Shown: piece by piece, positions 37,976 through 50,690 of the stretch | Layout: every line of letters begins with the position of its first letter | How positions within the stretch are numbered: the first letter of the stretch is position 1 | NCBI RefSeq assembly: GCF_902652985.1 | Contig: NC_047020.1 | Coordinates: 9,610,001-9,674,000, forward strand | Direction: 5' to 3' | DNA length: 64,000 nucleotides | DNA from: Pecten maximus | Lineage: Eukaryota | The notes under the pieces: model-generated | The model's input: the letters and a program-made list of their open reading frames with translations, nothing else | What the model was told of the DNA's origin: nothing | Database searches by the model: none | Made by a program: the position numbers and the translations under genes

Positions 37976-39885
37976 TTTGCAAAAGCCGCTTGTCTTGTTT
38001 ACTTTAGAGTGCTACCTCGTCGATATAAACTAAGCAAATGCGATCAGTCCTTGGGTACACGTATCAATATCGTCAGAGAATAGTAGGACTTAAAAAGAAT
38101 ATCCTTGAGTACCTCTTTCAATACGAGGTTCACAACATATCAACCATCCCTCGTATAAAACACAAACACAGGTTGGAGAAGATCAGGGGAAGTCTTATAG
38201 CCGACATCCTGATATCACATTGAAATATGATATTCTGTTGTGCGGTATGAAGTGGATGCTTCAGACCAGATTTTAGATAGATGTTTATGACGGTTGTTGT
38301 CGATGAACCATACGACGCCTACCCTTCCGGTCCACATGGTCTTATTCTCCTCATAGTTTTCCGATAGTCTGCATTATGTTTGTTTGTATTGTGCTTTTCT
38401 TTCACTGATCTTGAGTTGAAATCATGGTTTTTCTTTGATGTCGGAATTGTAAGTTATTTTTTATCAATATGACAAACATGCCTTTGTATATCATTTTAAA
38501 ATCCACACATCATGAGATACATTATGTTATTTAAGCATATCAAGTATCTAATTAGTAAGATTAGACTGAATAGAATGATTAAGGTCAATGTGGTATTTTT
38601 GTTGATGAGATGTGTTTTAACTGAAAATTACTACATGACTATCAAGATATCAATGATTTTTAATGCATGTAGGTTAATGTTGCGTCCCATTCTGTTGCTC
38701 ATCAGTGCATTCATACATTGTTGTACAATGTTACAACTTACTTGTATTTATTCCGCTGACATCATATTGTTTACAGGCCTCGCGTTGTGTCTGCACTGTC
38801 TGATACGAAGGCTTCATTCTGTGTATTTTAGCGTGTTTGTTAGTTTTTTATGTTTGAATTGATGCGATATGATAGAACAAAACTCAACTAATACGAAGTA
38901 TGAGGGTAGTTAACCGAAAAAACGGCATGTTGCACATAAAACTTTAACTTTCATTTTGCCAGTGCATTTGTGATCGCAGCTTGGATCGGCTGTCGTGCCA
39001 ACGACGAGGACAGTGCTAATACCACAGTCTTGGATCTACGTTGTATGTACATCCAAAAAGTTCTAACTATACATGTTTAATAGGTTACTAAAATAGAAAG
39101 AACTCAACAAATGTCTTTATTTTTTTGAAAGTTACGCCATTTTTAATTTGCTGAACGGACATTCCTAACACCCTTATGTCATGTTTTGCATGCAAGCTTG
39201 TGTCATAAAATAGTAATAGAAATTAAAAAAAACAAAAAAACAAAAAAAACAAACAAAAAAAATACAATAGCAAACAGATAATGCAAAACATAGCTAAAAC
39301 TTTAAGCAATTTATAATTGCCTAGTATATCAACGCATGTTTTAAGCTTTTGTTCCTTGATTAATTATATTTGCAGCACAGTATATTACAAATTGAATGTT
39401 CGTTGCATGATGCCCACAATTATTCACAAAGCGAGTTTTCGTTTCACGATACATGTAATGCAGTCGTCATATCAAGTATGTTCGTGGTATGATGCCCACC
39501 ATTATTCACGAAGTGAGATTTCTTTCCATTATATAATCAACGCAGTCGTCATATCAAACTTGTTCTCGGTGTAATACCCATATTGTTTTTGGCAGCATAC
39601 TCCAATTCTAGCGTATAACTGATATTAGATTGATTACAGCGGTGATTAACTGGAGTGCTGAGGATAGCGTGTATAGAAAACAATTACACAGACTTAAATT
39701 AGTACTTCCTTAATTTTACGGAATGCTTCACCATGACAATTGCTAGAAAAATATTACTGCAAAAATATATACGCTTTACAGGTACCTATATTTATATTAT
39801 TACCAATTATCTGTGGAAATTGGTGCTTTTAATTATCACAGTTTGATAATTCTCCTCCATATTGCTGAAATGAATAATTTCAAAA

Positions 39886-42800
39886 TTACTTGCGTAAAAA
39901 GTTAAAATAGCTTGTTTGTTCTTCCCGGGTATGGATATCATAAGCAGTGACCTCAAGTTCTGCTCCCCCAAACGTAAACTCAACATCTACACCACGATTT
40001 AAGCCTCTCTCTGTATTCTGCATTTCCACGATGACCTCGCCTATGTTTTCACAGCCGTCTTCATCAATGTATGTGGGCTCCGGATTCGTCGACGTATAGA
40101 TCAGGATAGGAAGAAGTGTTTGGTGTTCCTCCATTACCCAGTATCGCTCAGACCGCCCTGTTAGCCCCACTGGTACGGACTCTCCAAACCTCACGTGTAC
40201 ACTGAAGCAACCAGTGCACAGAGTCTTTCCTCCGTCTTCATCGATGAATTTTCGGTTTTCGTCGTGTGTTCCCTGATCAAATGGCATATTACTTCCTACC
40301 CCATACGTCAGGCGACTGATGCGTTCAGTGACTGCCTCTAGCTCATGGCCATTTATGACAGCTCCTTTGAGGACGGCCAACCCTGCCTCTTGTGGAATTA
40401 TAAGACGTTTCGTTGGGAATGCTTTCGTTATTTCTTCCTGAAGTAATGGACATTCGGAGTAACCACCGACCAGGAGTATGGCTTGAATGTTTTCAATTTC
40501 AGGTTTGTGTAAAAGTTCGGTAACGTGATCAACGATTCTTTTCACAGATTTCGAAAATAAATCTTTAGCAAGATTTGAATTTAATCGCATCTTATCCAAT
40601 TTCCACGTCACATTTTTATCAAATTTTCTGCTAGATTTGATTTTAACAGAGAGATCCTCTTTGGGATTGATCTCGTTGAAGGTATCCAGCAGACTCATAG
40701 GAAGTGTGAATGTTATCCTAGCATCTTTGGTAGAACTGATACTTCGCTTCTTTGCCTCGAACCCCCGTTGTAGTTCTAAGAAATCGGCCTGGTTGTCTTC
40801 TTTGAACGTACGAAGAACATTCTCACCTAAAATGTCTGAGATAAGATTTATGAATTCCTTGTCAACCATTGTTCCACCCCATTCTCCCCCATTAGCCATG
40901 TATATCTCCTTCAGCCTCAGGTCGTCCTGTACCTCATGTACAGTCACATCTACTGTCCCACCTAGAAAGGATCAAATTATTAACGGGTTATCTCTTGGAT
41001 AACATTTCTGAAATATAATCTCCAATATCTTTCAACAATCTATGACATGATATAAGTTGTAAGTAAATAGATTCAATGTAGTGTTGTCACGTATAAGAAT
41101 TTTAAAGAATTATATACCATCATGTTATCTTATGTGTAAAATTCATTTGCATGTGTATATATATACACGCATAGTTATATATGCGTTTTATATTCCTATC
41201 TGGCATTTGTTAATAATATTCATGTTCATTATGAACTGTATTCTCGGTATTGCATCTTGGATGAATAAGATATCAACTCAAAGTGTCCACGGTAAAATAT
41301 TGTATGAAAAATAATAATTCAATACAATGCTGCCAATGACGCTATTGCAGTTTCAGGCAAATGCTAATGAGTATGATTTCATCATGCTTTTTCTATATAC
41401 ACTCTGTTGTATCTTACACTGTATTAAAGTGAAGTATCTTGATAGAGAATAACTTAATAAATCAGAGCGAACCTCCAACGTCGAGTACCAAGTACTTTGC
41501 TCCAGGCCTGAACACAGAAACGTTCCCTGCTTTACCCACGGCCATTTCGCTAAGAGGTAGGTATTTGCAGAAGAGGGCTGCGGCCTCGGCCTCCAAAGAT
41601 AGGACTAACTGGGCACTTGGAATTCCGGCCTGTGTGACAGAGATGCGTCTTCACTTTATTTTCTATTTCATAGGAATGAATGAAATGTGTTTGAAACAGT
41701 TGATATGGAATTTGATTTTAGGTATTCACTTTGTACAAGCAATTCATTTGAATGTCTTCCTCAGTACAGGTTAGGCAATCAGAGGAAAGAGAGGGCATAT
41801 TAGAGAATAAAACAATTTATTTGCACTACGTTAACTAGTTTCTACTAAAGATTGAAATTGTCAGTCGTAGGTATTTTGTGACCAGTGTTAATAGTTACGA
41901 ATCATTTCCGCTAAATGTAGTATTCCTTTGGCGACCCGACATATAAGATTCCACTTTAATTGTTTTACAATGTATATATTGTTTACCTGTACTGTACATT
42001 CTCTCATAAATTGTTTCGCACGGTCGTTCCAAATGGCCGGCACAGTAAGTATCCAGCGGATGTCCGACATCTCAATGTCTGTTCCTTGTTTCTTGCAAGT
42101 GCTTAGTAAATGGTCTTTGAGGAACCGAATGGATGATGTGAACACTTTCATAGCTGTCATTTCTTTACCGTTGCTGGCTTTCAACTTCATTCCTCTGGAT
42201 ATATTCTTTAACAAACAATGTCAAAATATCAATGATGATATTAAAATGTTTAATGAGAGTTTATTTCTGCAATAATTGCTAATTTCAAAATAATGGATCG
42301 TAAGGAGAATAAACGGCTTCATTGGTGTCGTATTTTCACAGAATCATCATGCTGTAACCATTTCAACGATGGCCTGATATCAAATTTCAGAACAAAATAT
42401 AGGTAATGGTTGGGAGGTACAATAATATAAACGATAACTAATTACAGAATACGAAAGTAATCAATGTAATGTACCTTTTCCTCATAAAGACTCATTTTGA
42501 AGCGACGGAAGAAAAACCACTGCTCGTGTTTGTTTTGCTCCATTAATTCTGCGTATTTGTCTTCAGCGTCGAATCCAAATGAATCTATTGTTTCACTCGC
42601 ATCGAACAGTATGGAACTGGACGTTTTCAAGGATAGGAGTCCTCCGGATTTAGCTGTCCAGGTCATGTCTGTCGCTTTCAACGGATTCAATTTATAATCA
42701 AATTTAGTAGAAAAGGCATATCCAGAAAATGTTGATCCGAAATCTAAAGCTGCTACCATTATGTACGGTGTATCCTTCAAGTTTCTTGTCTGTAAACGAG

Positions 42801-44216
42801 GGTAAACTATAACACGTTATAAAAAATCATGAATTGAATAATCCATTTGGGAAACAGACAAACATACGTAATCGATTCCGCCGTAACTCTAACGTAATAC
42901 TCATAAAGATTGGAACAAAGTAATAATTTTCAAGCAGACAATTTATCAACGGAAATTCAGAAATACGAATTCACAAGCATTTATATTTCACTGAAGTACA
43001 TATCTATGTCACACGTGCTATTCAACAGGTACTGATACACACTTATTCAGATTTAACAAGCGTTGTATTGCCGTCTCGTAATGAATAATGTTTGTTTAAA
43101 GGTCCAGTATATCATCGCAAATAGGACAGTTACTACGTCTCGTGACGCCTTCATACTACAGGAATGTCGGCTATATTGCTTGATATTATGTTACTCATTA
43201 GTGTGTTTATTCAAAATATACATTGTTGTACAGTGTTGCATTGATGACGTCACATTGTTTTCCCACGTTGTGTCTATACTGCCAAACACAGCATTTTGTG
43301 GTTTTACTTATGTTTCCCCCTTTATTTATTCTATTTAATTTTGACTATAACATGTAATAAAAGAACATCAAACAACGCGAGGTCTTACGAAAAATGGCAA
43401 GTCAGGTATAAAACTTCTTCTTTGTCCGTGCAATTAATGAATAATGTAAAACACTTAGTGGGTTTTGTTCTGGTCAATTACAAAAGCAATTTTAGCCCAC
43501 ATGCAAAATCTTAATCGGCTGAGTCATCTATCTTGGAGTTATTTACTTTTGTTATCGGCTGATATTGATTTTCATTTAATCGTCTTATTTACCCAATCAT
43601 TCCCATAGCAGCAGAATTTTGAAAGGAGATCTGATTTAGAGAATAACCAGATATTTAGGTTTATTTTTTCCACTCATCAATATACGAAACGTATTAGCAA
43701 GCGTCTTGTCAAACAAAACACAAATTAAGCAGTGATTTCTATCATATGTGACCGAAACGACTGACACCTTTCACATCAACCTGCTGGAATGTTTGAGATA
43801 AGCTTAAGTCAGTGTATTGTACAGTAAAATATTACCTCATGTTTCGGGACATATGTACTGGTGTAATCTATGGTAGAGTTTGTGTAATATTACCTCATGT
43901 TTTGTGACATACGTACTGGTGTATTTGATGTTTAATTTGTGTAATATTAACTTATGTTTTGTGACATACGTACTGATGTAATCGATGGTAGAGTTTGTGT
44001 AATATTACCTCATGTTTTGTGACATACGTACTTGTATGTTAAATGTTGGATTTGTGTAATATTACAGAATCTCCGTTCGGTTTAACCTAAGTATAATACA
44101 CTGTTCTCATGAATTACCAATCTTTAGATTGATATCATTTCCATGCTTACCTTGATAAATCTGGTCGTATCACCTGACTTCATTGTATCGTGTCGCCCGA
44201 CGGGTCTTTGTGCCAT
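39886..44216 (-). CDS. HSPA12: HSPA12-like copy 3, ~610 aa, intact
   Basis: Exons 44151-44216 (MAQRPVGRHD..., predicted), 42475-42789 (ALDFGSTFSGY), 41987-42205, 41473-41629, 39886-40961. Boundaries are GT-AG and the total of 1833 nt is in frame. Confidence 0.92.
43825..44065. repeat. Degenerate ~58-bp tandem repeat, ~4 copies, intronic
   Basis: gtaatattacctcatgttttgtgacatacgtactggtgta... repeated. Confidence 0.8.
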
Positions 44217-44799
44217 GTTCTACAAACCAGTGATTCAGTTATGATACTCCGCCAGTTTTTATATAGTGGACTATTCAAACATCACCTCCACATGTATGCT
44301 CATACAGATGTTTTCATTTTGTTGTTTCATAATATTGCAGAATGATGAGCGACATTCTGACCTGATCAGTATCTAAAGTGGACCACAAGTCTTAATTAAT
44401 GTTTATGAAATGTCTCATGTATACTTAGAGGTATTCTTATGACAAGAAAATATTTTGAACGAATAAGACGGACAATGATAATTGATAACTGCTCAGTTAA
44501 ACGTAAATGGGTAATCCCGAATTCTTGATCAAACAAAGTAATGACAAAGTTAGTTTTCAAGATATTGAGATGTCCATTTAAATGTAAACAAAACATCTGC
44601 TGGTGGGTTATGTGTGTACGAATATTGAATCTGTGCTATCTCAATCGGTTTTCTTTTTATCCATTTAAGCTCAATTATATTTTTAGCTGTGAAATACTGA
44701 AACAAGCGAATGCTATAAAATGAATCAATATCAACGAGAAGGTTATTTTAGTACTTTTGGATCAACAATATTATTCAAGATTAATATATGCACGTGGTA

Positions 44800-45125
44800 C
44801 TCACGTCTACTTACTATAAACACAGCTGTGGTCCAGGTCTATGTTCTGTCCTTTTTGTGTGTCGCCTATACGTCGTTTAAATGAACAGAATACACATATA
44901 TTGAACAATGTCACAGTAGATATATTATGCTTTAAATTATCGGTGACGATTTACCTCAGAATTGCGTTTGATATACTTCCTGGTCCTATGTACCACGTGA
45001 TATACATGGGGTATTCGCTGACTACCATTTACCCTGCCGATTTAAATGCGGCTATAATCCAATACACGGCCATTTGCCGACTTATTCGAACAGTGCCCGA
45101 TCTGAGGGGAAAATAGGTGAGTATA
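44800..45125. promoter_or_regulatory. Candidate bidirectional promoter between HSPA12 copies 3 (-) and 4 (+)
   Basis: Divergent strong donor sites: minus-strand GTGAGT near 44804 and plus-strand AG|GTGAGT near 45117. Both genes have an acceptor a few bases before their ATG, so each needs a non-coding first exon. A CACGTG E-box lies at ~44994. Confidence 0.4.
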
Positions 45126-45767
45126 TACATGTATGGCTATTTATCATTTTACTGTTAAATGAGGATATACAGACACGCTTGGTAATATTTAATGTCTTAG
45201 AAGTACGCCTAGACCATTTCTAACAACATTTAGGTCAATGTTGTGTATTAGGTAGGACTTACATAACACATGTAAACAAGTTGTTAAAACTCATAAAACT
45301 ATTCAAATTACTATGGGAAAATTTGATTAATGCAATATCTACTGATACGGTCGCTTAGATATTTGATTTTACAATATGTTCAGATCCGTTCATTTTAACG
45401 GGACCATTAAGTGTACCGCGTTTACATGTCCCAATTGATTTTATATTCCATGCCTTGTTACCAATATAATTTAGCAACTACACACGGAAAATTAACCGAC
45501 ACGTGGTTTCGAGAGAAGTAGGTTTGTTGTGCTGTTGCCGCCATATTTCACTTTTTGATAAAAGGAACTGCCCCTAATTCGCCCTAGATTTGTATGACGG
45601 GTGTGTTAACGAAGTATGAGTTTATTTCAAGAACACCTGATCTGATTCCATTTGTGTGTATTTTCTCAATACAATATATATTAGTTCGTATTTTCGCCCT
45701 TGCAATGTCAACTTTGAGTTAGCAATTCGGTTTTTCTGACAAAGACTGTTTAATTCTCATATGTACT

Positions 45768-46019
45768 GTATATACCTTATATACGGTCTACAATATATAC
45801 CTTATATACGGTCTACAATATATACCTTATATACGGTCTACAATATATACCTTATATACGGTCTACAATATATACCTTATATACGGTCTACAATATATAC
45901 CTTATATACGGTCTACAATATATACCTTATAAACGGTCTACAATATATACCTTATATACGGTCTACAATATATACCTTATATACGGTCTACAATATATAC
46001 CTTATATACGGTCTACAAT
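45768..46019. repeat. Minisatellite, 25-bp unit (caatatataccttatatacggtcta), ~10 copies
   Basis: Directly visible, near-perfect copies. Confidence 0.95.
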
Positions 46020-46588
46020 GCGGTTAAGATTGTAGATGCTTCACCCATGACAAAGGATTAATGAGTAATTAAGATCGATTGGAAACAAGAAAAGGCTGTT
46101 GCATATTCAATGAATGTGTGCCAGGTAACGGGAAATATATTTCTAAATCTTCAGTTAGAGTGCCTATTTGTCTGAATTTATATTACTTGGTCGTTATCTA
46201 TAATGTATTAAATTGTCTTGTGTACGTATTCTTGCGTCAGTTCATTTAAGAATATTTAATATTAATGTAGACATTGTCCAATTAAATTATTGGACTCTAT
46301 ATCAAAAGGCAATGCTTATGGTCATATATGTATACTAGTATATGACTGTATCATCAAATCTTTGTCAACACGGTTTGTACATTAAATATTAAAGTAAACA
46401 TAGCTTACTTTGTTTATATTTCTACACACTATCATGAGGTCACAGAAAATGTTATATTTTATGTTGAAACAAATTCATATTTTTATTTAGTCAGGTGCTA
46501 CAAAAATTATTCTGCACCATCTTTATTCAATAATCGATTAATCACCTAAAGTATGTACGACACAGTATTTATGTTTACTGTTTCAGCC

Positions 46589-49369
46589 ATGCCGGGGTAT
46601 CCCATAGTAGCAGCGATCGACTTCGGTACAACCAATTCTGGGTATGCTTTCTCGACTATAGACGACTATAAAACATCGCCCTTGAAGATATCAGCTATTT
46701 CCTGGGTATCCGGATCCAACAGACTTCAGTCTCAAAAGACACCGACTTGTGTTTTATTTGACGAGAACAAGCGTTTTCACTCGTTTGGTTATGAAGCGGA
46801 GGATAAGTACTCCGACTTGGCATTAGACGATGAAGAAGAGGACTGGTACTTTTTTCGGAGGTTCAAGATGGAACTATACAACCGCAAAGTAAGGTTATAT
46901 ACCACACATATAGCAAGATGAACACTAGACTGAACAAGACTGAATTGTATCCTATATATCTACGTGAGGAGTTACCACCTTTAATGCACCACAGCTATAA
47001 TATTATAATTTCTGAATTGATATGCGGTATACCATGTAATGATACGCATACGATTGTGATTCCTGATTCTCTCTTTCAATTGTTTTAGTATTTTCCCACG
47101 TTTGCAGTTTACTTTAACTGTCTGCTTGCACAAGCTAGAACACTGTTGTGTCAAGTATGACAAACATATAATTCTAACTATTTATTGTTCAAAACAGGAG
47201 TATGATAGCAGTTTCGAACTGAAAACCCAAGACGGAAAGAAATCGATGAAAGCAATAGACGTGTTTGCTGCTTGTATCGAATACCTAAAAAATCACTTAC
47301 TGGCGACTGCAGATAAACAGGGTGTAAAATTCGTTGACGGGGACATCCAGTGGATCCTAACAGTGCCAGCTATATGGACAGAGCCGGGAAAGCAGTTCAT
47401 GAGGAAGGCAGCGGATCAGGTACACATATCAGCGCTCTAAAAGCAATATTCAATTCACAGTAATTTAACCAGGGCAATAGGTTTGATTTGATTGATACTG
47501 TAGAAATCAAGATACTCTCTCTGTATTCTGAAGCGGTTGTTAATTCTATTATGCATTTGATTAATTCTTTATATATAGTTTCAGGCTTGGTCAGGGCACG
47601 AGTCATAAAGTTGTCTTCCTTTGTCAGTTGTCTTGCTATGTTATAAAGATATTCATATCACTTGATAGGACGACTATCACTATGGTGATGTCAGGATATT
47701 GGGCCGACTATCAACGCGCTATTGAAACATTCTTGATTTAGCACACACATATATGTGTGTATGCGTGTTCATGTGCGTGAGAAGGTGAGTGTGTGTGAGT
47801 GTGTATGTGTGTTTGTGTTCATTGGGTAGTCTACTGTACTGCTACATCATTCTGGTGCCTTATATAATATTACTTTATCTTCATTTTGCATGGTAGGCTG
47901 GAGTGCCTTCCAAACACCTCAAGCTTGTGCTAGAACCGGAAGCTGCGGCTATTTATTGCACCAACTTGCCGATGGACAAGATAACTGTAGAAGGTTCGGG
48001 AGAAAAAATGTCAGTGTTTCAGAAAGGAACGAAATACATGATTCTCGATTGTGGGGGTGAGTAAGTAACAGATCATTTATATGTGGTTATAAGATAGATT
48101 AGATGTAATACCTTCAGAATAAAGGCCTAATATTTAACCCATTATATCGATTTTCTATTATCCGACCATTGTTATTGTATTGAAGAGTGATACTTCAAAT
48201 ATATCTTAAACAATATATTGGCACAAAACTCAATATACAGTTGAATTCGAAGCAGTATGGCTAAATGACGTTTGAAGTTGATGTTTATGTTGTATGTTTA
48301 AGGAGGAACAATTGACCTCACAATTCATGAGGTACAGGATGGAGGTGCCCTGAAGGAACTTCACAGGGCAAATGGTGGCGACTGGGGAGGAACAAGTGTA
48401 GACAAAGAATTCGAGCAACTTTTACAGGATCTCGTTGGCAAGGATGTGTTTCAAACTTTTCAAAAAGAAAGCATAGCAGATGTTCTAAATCTGTATAGGA
48501 GCTTCGAATTGAAGAAAAGAAGCATCCAAGAGGAAAATGACGACATGGTCACCATCACCATCCCTCCAATCCTACAGCAATTATGTAAGAAACAGAACAA
48601 AGGTGGGGATCCAATTGCTGCTATCGCGTCGAGCGGAAAGTACGCAAATGTTACATTGAAAAGAGACAAACTTCAAATTCCAAACAAGCTTGCGAAAACT
48701 CTGTTTACAAAATCCAGAGATAAGATTGTCTCCCACGTGAAACAAATTTTTGCCGAGCCAAAGGTGAGAGGGGCAACTATTGTCTTGATGGTTGGGGGCT
48801 ACTCCGAATGTGAACTTTTACAGCGTGCTATACAATCTAACTTCAGTGACAAGAAAATTATTGTGCCGTTCGAAGCTGGCCTATCAATTTTGAAAGGAGC
48901 AGTAATTTATGGGCATGCGCCAAATATCATTACATCACGCGTTTGTAGATTTACGTATGGTGTCGCTTGTAACAGGAAATTCAAAGAGGGGAAGGACAAG
49001 GCGGAATACAGGGTGAAAGGAGCGAAGGGAGACAGTAGATGCCTTAACGGATTTAAGATATTTTCCCCTAAAGACCAGTCAGTAGACCTTGGGACGGCCG
49101 TTCAGAAGTACACCTTCCATGTCAGCGGTGCAAAGGAAACTGGAATCGACCTTCCAGTCTACGCCTCAGAAGACATCAACCCCGACTACGTTACAGACGA
49201 ATCGTGCCAGAGGCTGGGAATTCTAAAAATAGAGATGCCGGACACGTCCCGTGGGTTAGATAGGTCGGTGGAAGTGGAAATGATTTTTGGTGGAACAGAG
49301 ATCGAAGTTAAAGCAATTGATACAAAAACAAAACAGGAAACACTGGCATCTTTCAGTTTTGTTGGATAG
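46589..49369 (+). CDS. HSPA12: HSPA12-like copy 4, 582 aa, intact and more divergent
   Basis: Exons 46589-46888 (MPGYPIVAAIDFGTTNSGY), 47198-47419 (WILTVPAIW), 47897-48056 (LEPEAAA...LDCG), 48303-49369 (GGTIDLTIH...FGGTEIEV). Boundaries are GT-AG and the total of 1749 nt is in frame. Confidence 0.93.
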
Positions 49370-49501
49370 GAAGAAAATACTTGTGGTAAAGCGTATTGAC
49401 ATCGTTGATTATCTCGTAAGAACGTAACGGCTTAAAACACAGGTTATGTACATTGTATTTGTTATCTTTTTAAAAACATTTTAAAATACAGAAGACAATA
49501 C

Positions 49502-49718
49502 TTTGTTTGGTTTGTTTTGTTTAACGTCCTATTAACAGCCAGGGTCATTTAAGGACGTGCCGGGTTTTGGAGGTGGAGGAAAGCCGGAGTACCCCAAGGA
49601 AAACCACCGGCCTATAGTCAGTACCTGGCAACTGCCCTCACGTAGGTTTCGAACCGGCAACCCATAAGTGGAGGGCTAGTGGCAAAGTATCGGGACACCT
49701 TAACCACTTGGCCACCGC
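49502..49718 (-). mobile_element. tRNA-derived SINE (V-domain-like), antisense, just downstream of the HSPA12 copy 4 stop codon
   Basis: Reverse complement matches 58182-58400; box A/B-like head, A-rich (aaac) tail, AATAC on both flanks. Confidence 0.9.
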
Positions 49719-50428
49719 AATACAAGACGCAGTATAATGTTATAGTCTAGTTATCTACAACCGGGAATATATATTAAATGAACATGACTATATCGATCGT
49801 CGACAGAACATGGACTACCATTCATTACATCGAGTATAGACACAAATGCTTCTAGCCTTAGACTCTATAACAATGTATAATGTCTTGTTTCCTACGTATT
49901 ACATTCACAATAAATGAGTGTCGCATGTGTTTTATCAGTTATAATATTTGATTTAATTACTCAAAGCAAAGTTATTTAAAAGACAGAAATAGTGGACAGG
50001 GAAAGATAAATTGATTTAGAATTGATGTTGCTTTGGACCTGAAGTTGACATCATGCTACCGGAGGTGGTAGTTATCTTACGATATTTTAAATGTTTGAAT
50101 TCAGGTATATTCTATAAGGTAGCTGGAATTCTATATGTCAAGAAACATGAATACTTGACCCTCACTTGTTTATGCATGTTCTAGTCCTTAGTTTACCAGT
50201 AACCCTTCGTTACCTTTGATAGGATTTTTTTCTCAGAACACGGGCGTCATTTCAAATATATACTACCTGGAAATGGATAGATTTAAATTCCACGCCGCAC
50301 TCCATGTGTATATAAAGCTACAATTCAAGGTTTTTCCGTGAATCGATCAATACGTGCCAAACTCTTCAAAAAACTTACACGCTGATCTTTAAAGGTAGAG
50401 TAATATTGGTAAATAACACAGGTGCATA

Positions 50429-50669
50429 TGTTATAGTCAGAAATTATGTTAATAATTATTTCTGGTGTACCCCTATATTTTTTGATTATGTGCAGCATTA
50501 AGCGTCTAAAGGGAGACAACTCGAATTTATTCACGGTACAATTATCGATCGGTTTTTGGTGATCACGTGACTTGCTCCTGACGCCATTAAAACATCTCGA
50601 AGAGTACATCTTGTGTCTCCTGTTTTTCAGGTCCTGGTATCTCCCCTCCCCTCCATACCTGGTGTAACA
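50429..50669 (+). repeat. Left LTR (5' LTR by PBS position)
   Basis: TG...CA ends; followed after 3 nt by TGGGGGCTTGTCCGGGAT. Confidence 0.95.
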
Positions 50670-50672
50670 TTT

Positions 50673-50690
50673 TGGGGGCTTGTCCGGGAT
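50673..50690 (+). promoter_or_regulatory. Primer-binding site, tRNA-Pro type (one mismatch)
   Basis: TGGGGGCTTGTCCGGGAT versus the canonical tRNA-Pro PBS TGGGGGCTCGTCCGGGAT. Confidence 0.85.

Noticed and set aside
45761-46027. 88-aa repetitive ORF, and similar ORFs at 57331-58373
   Set aside because: They are minisatellite translations.
50587-50690. C-terminus of the 910-aa pol ORF ([12 protein letters not shown]...)
   Set aside because: It is read-through into the PBS/LTR antisense strand after the rearrangement breakpoint, not native integrase sequence.
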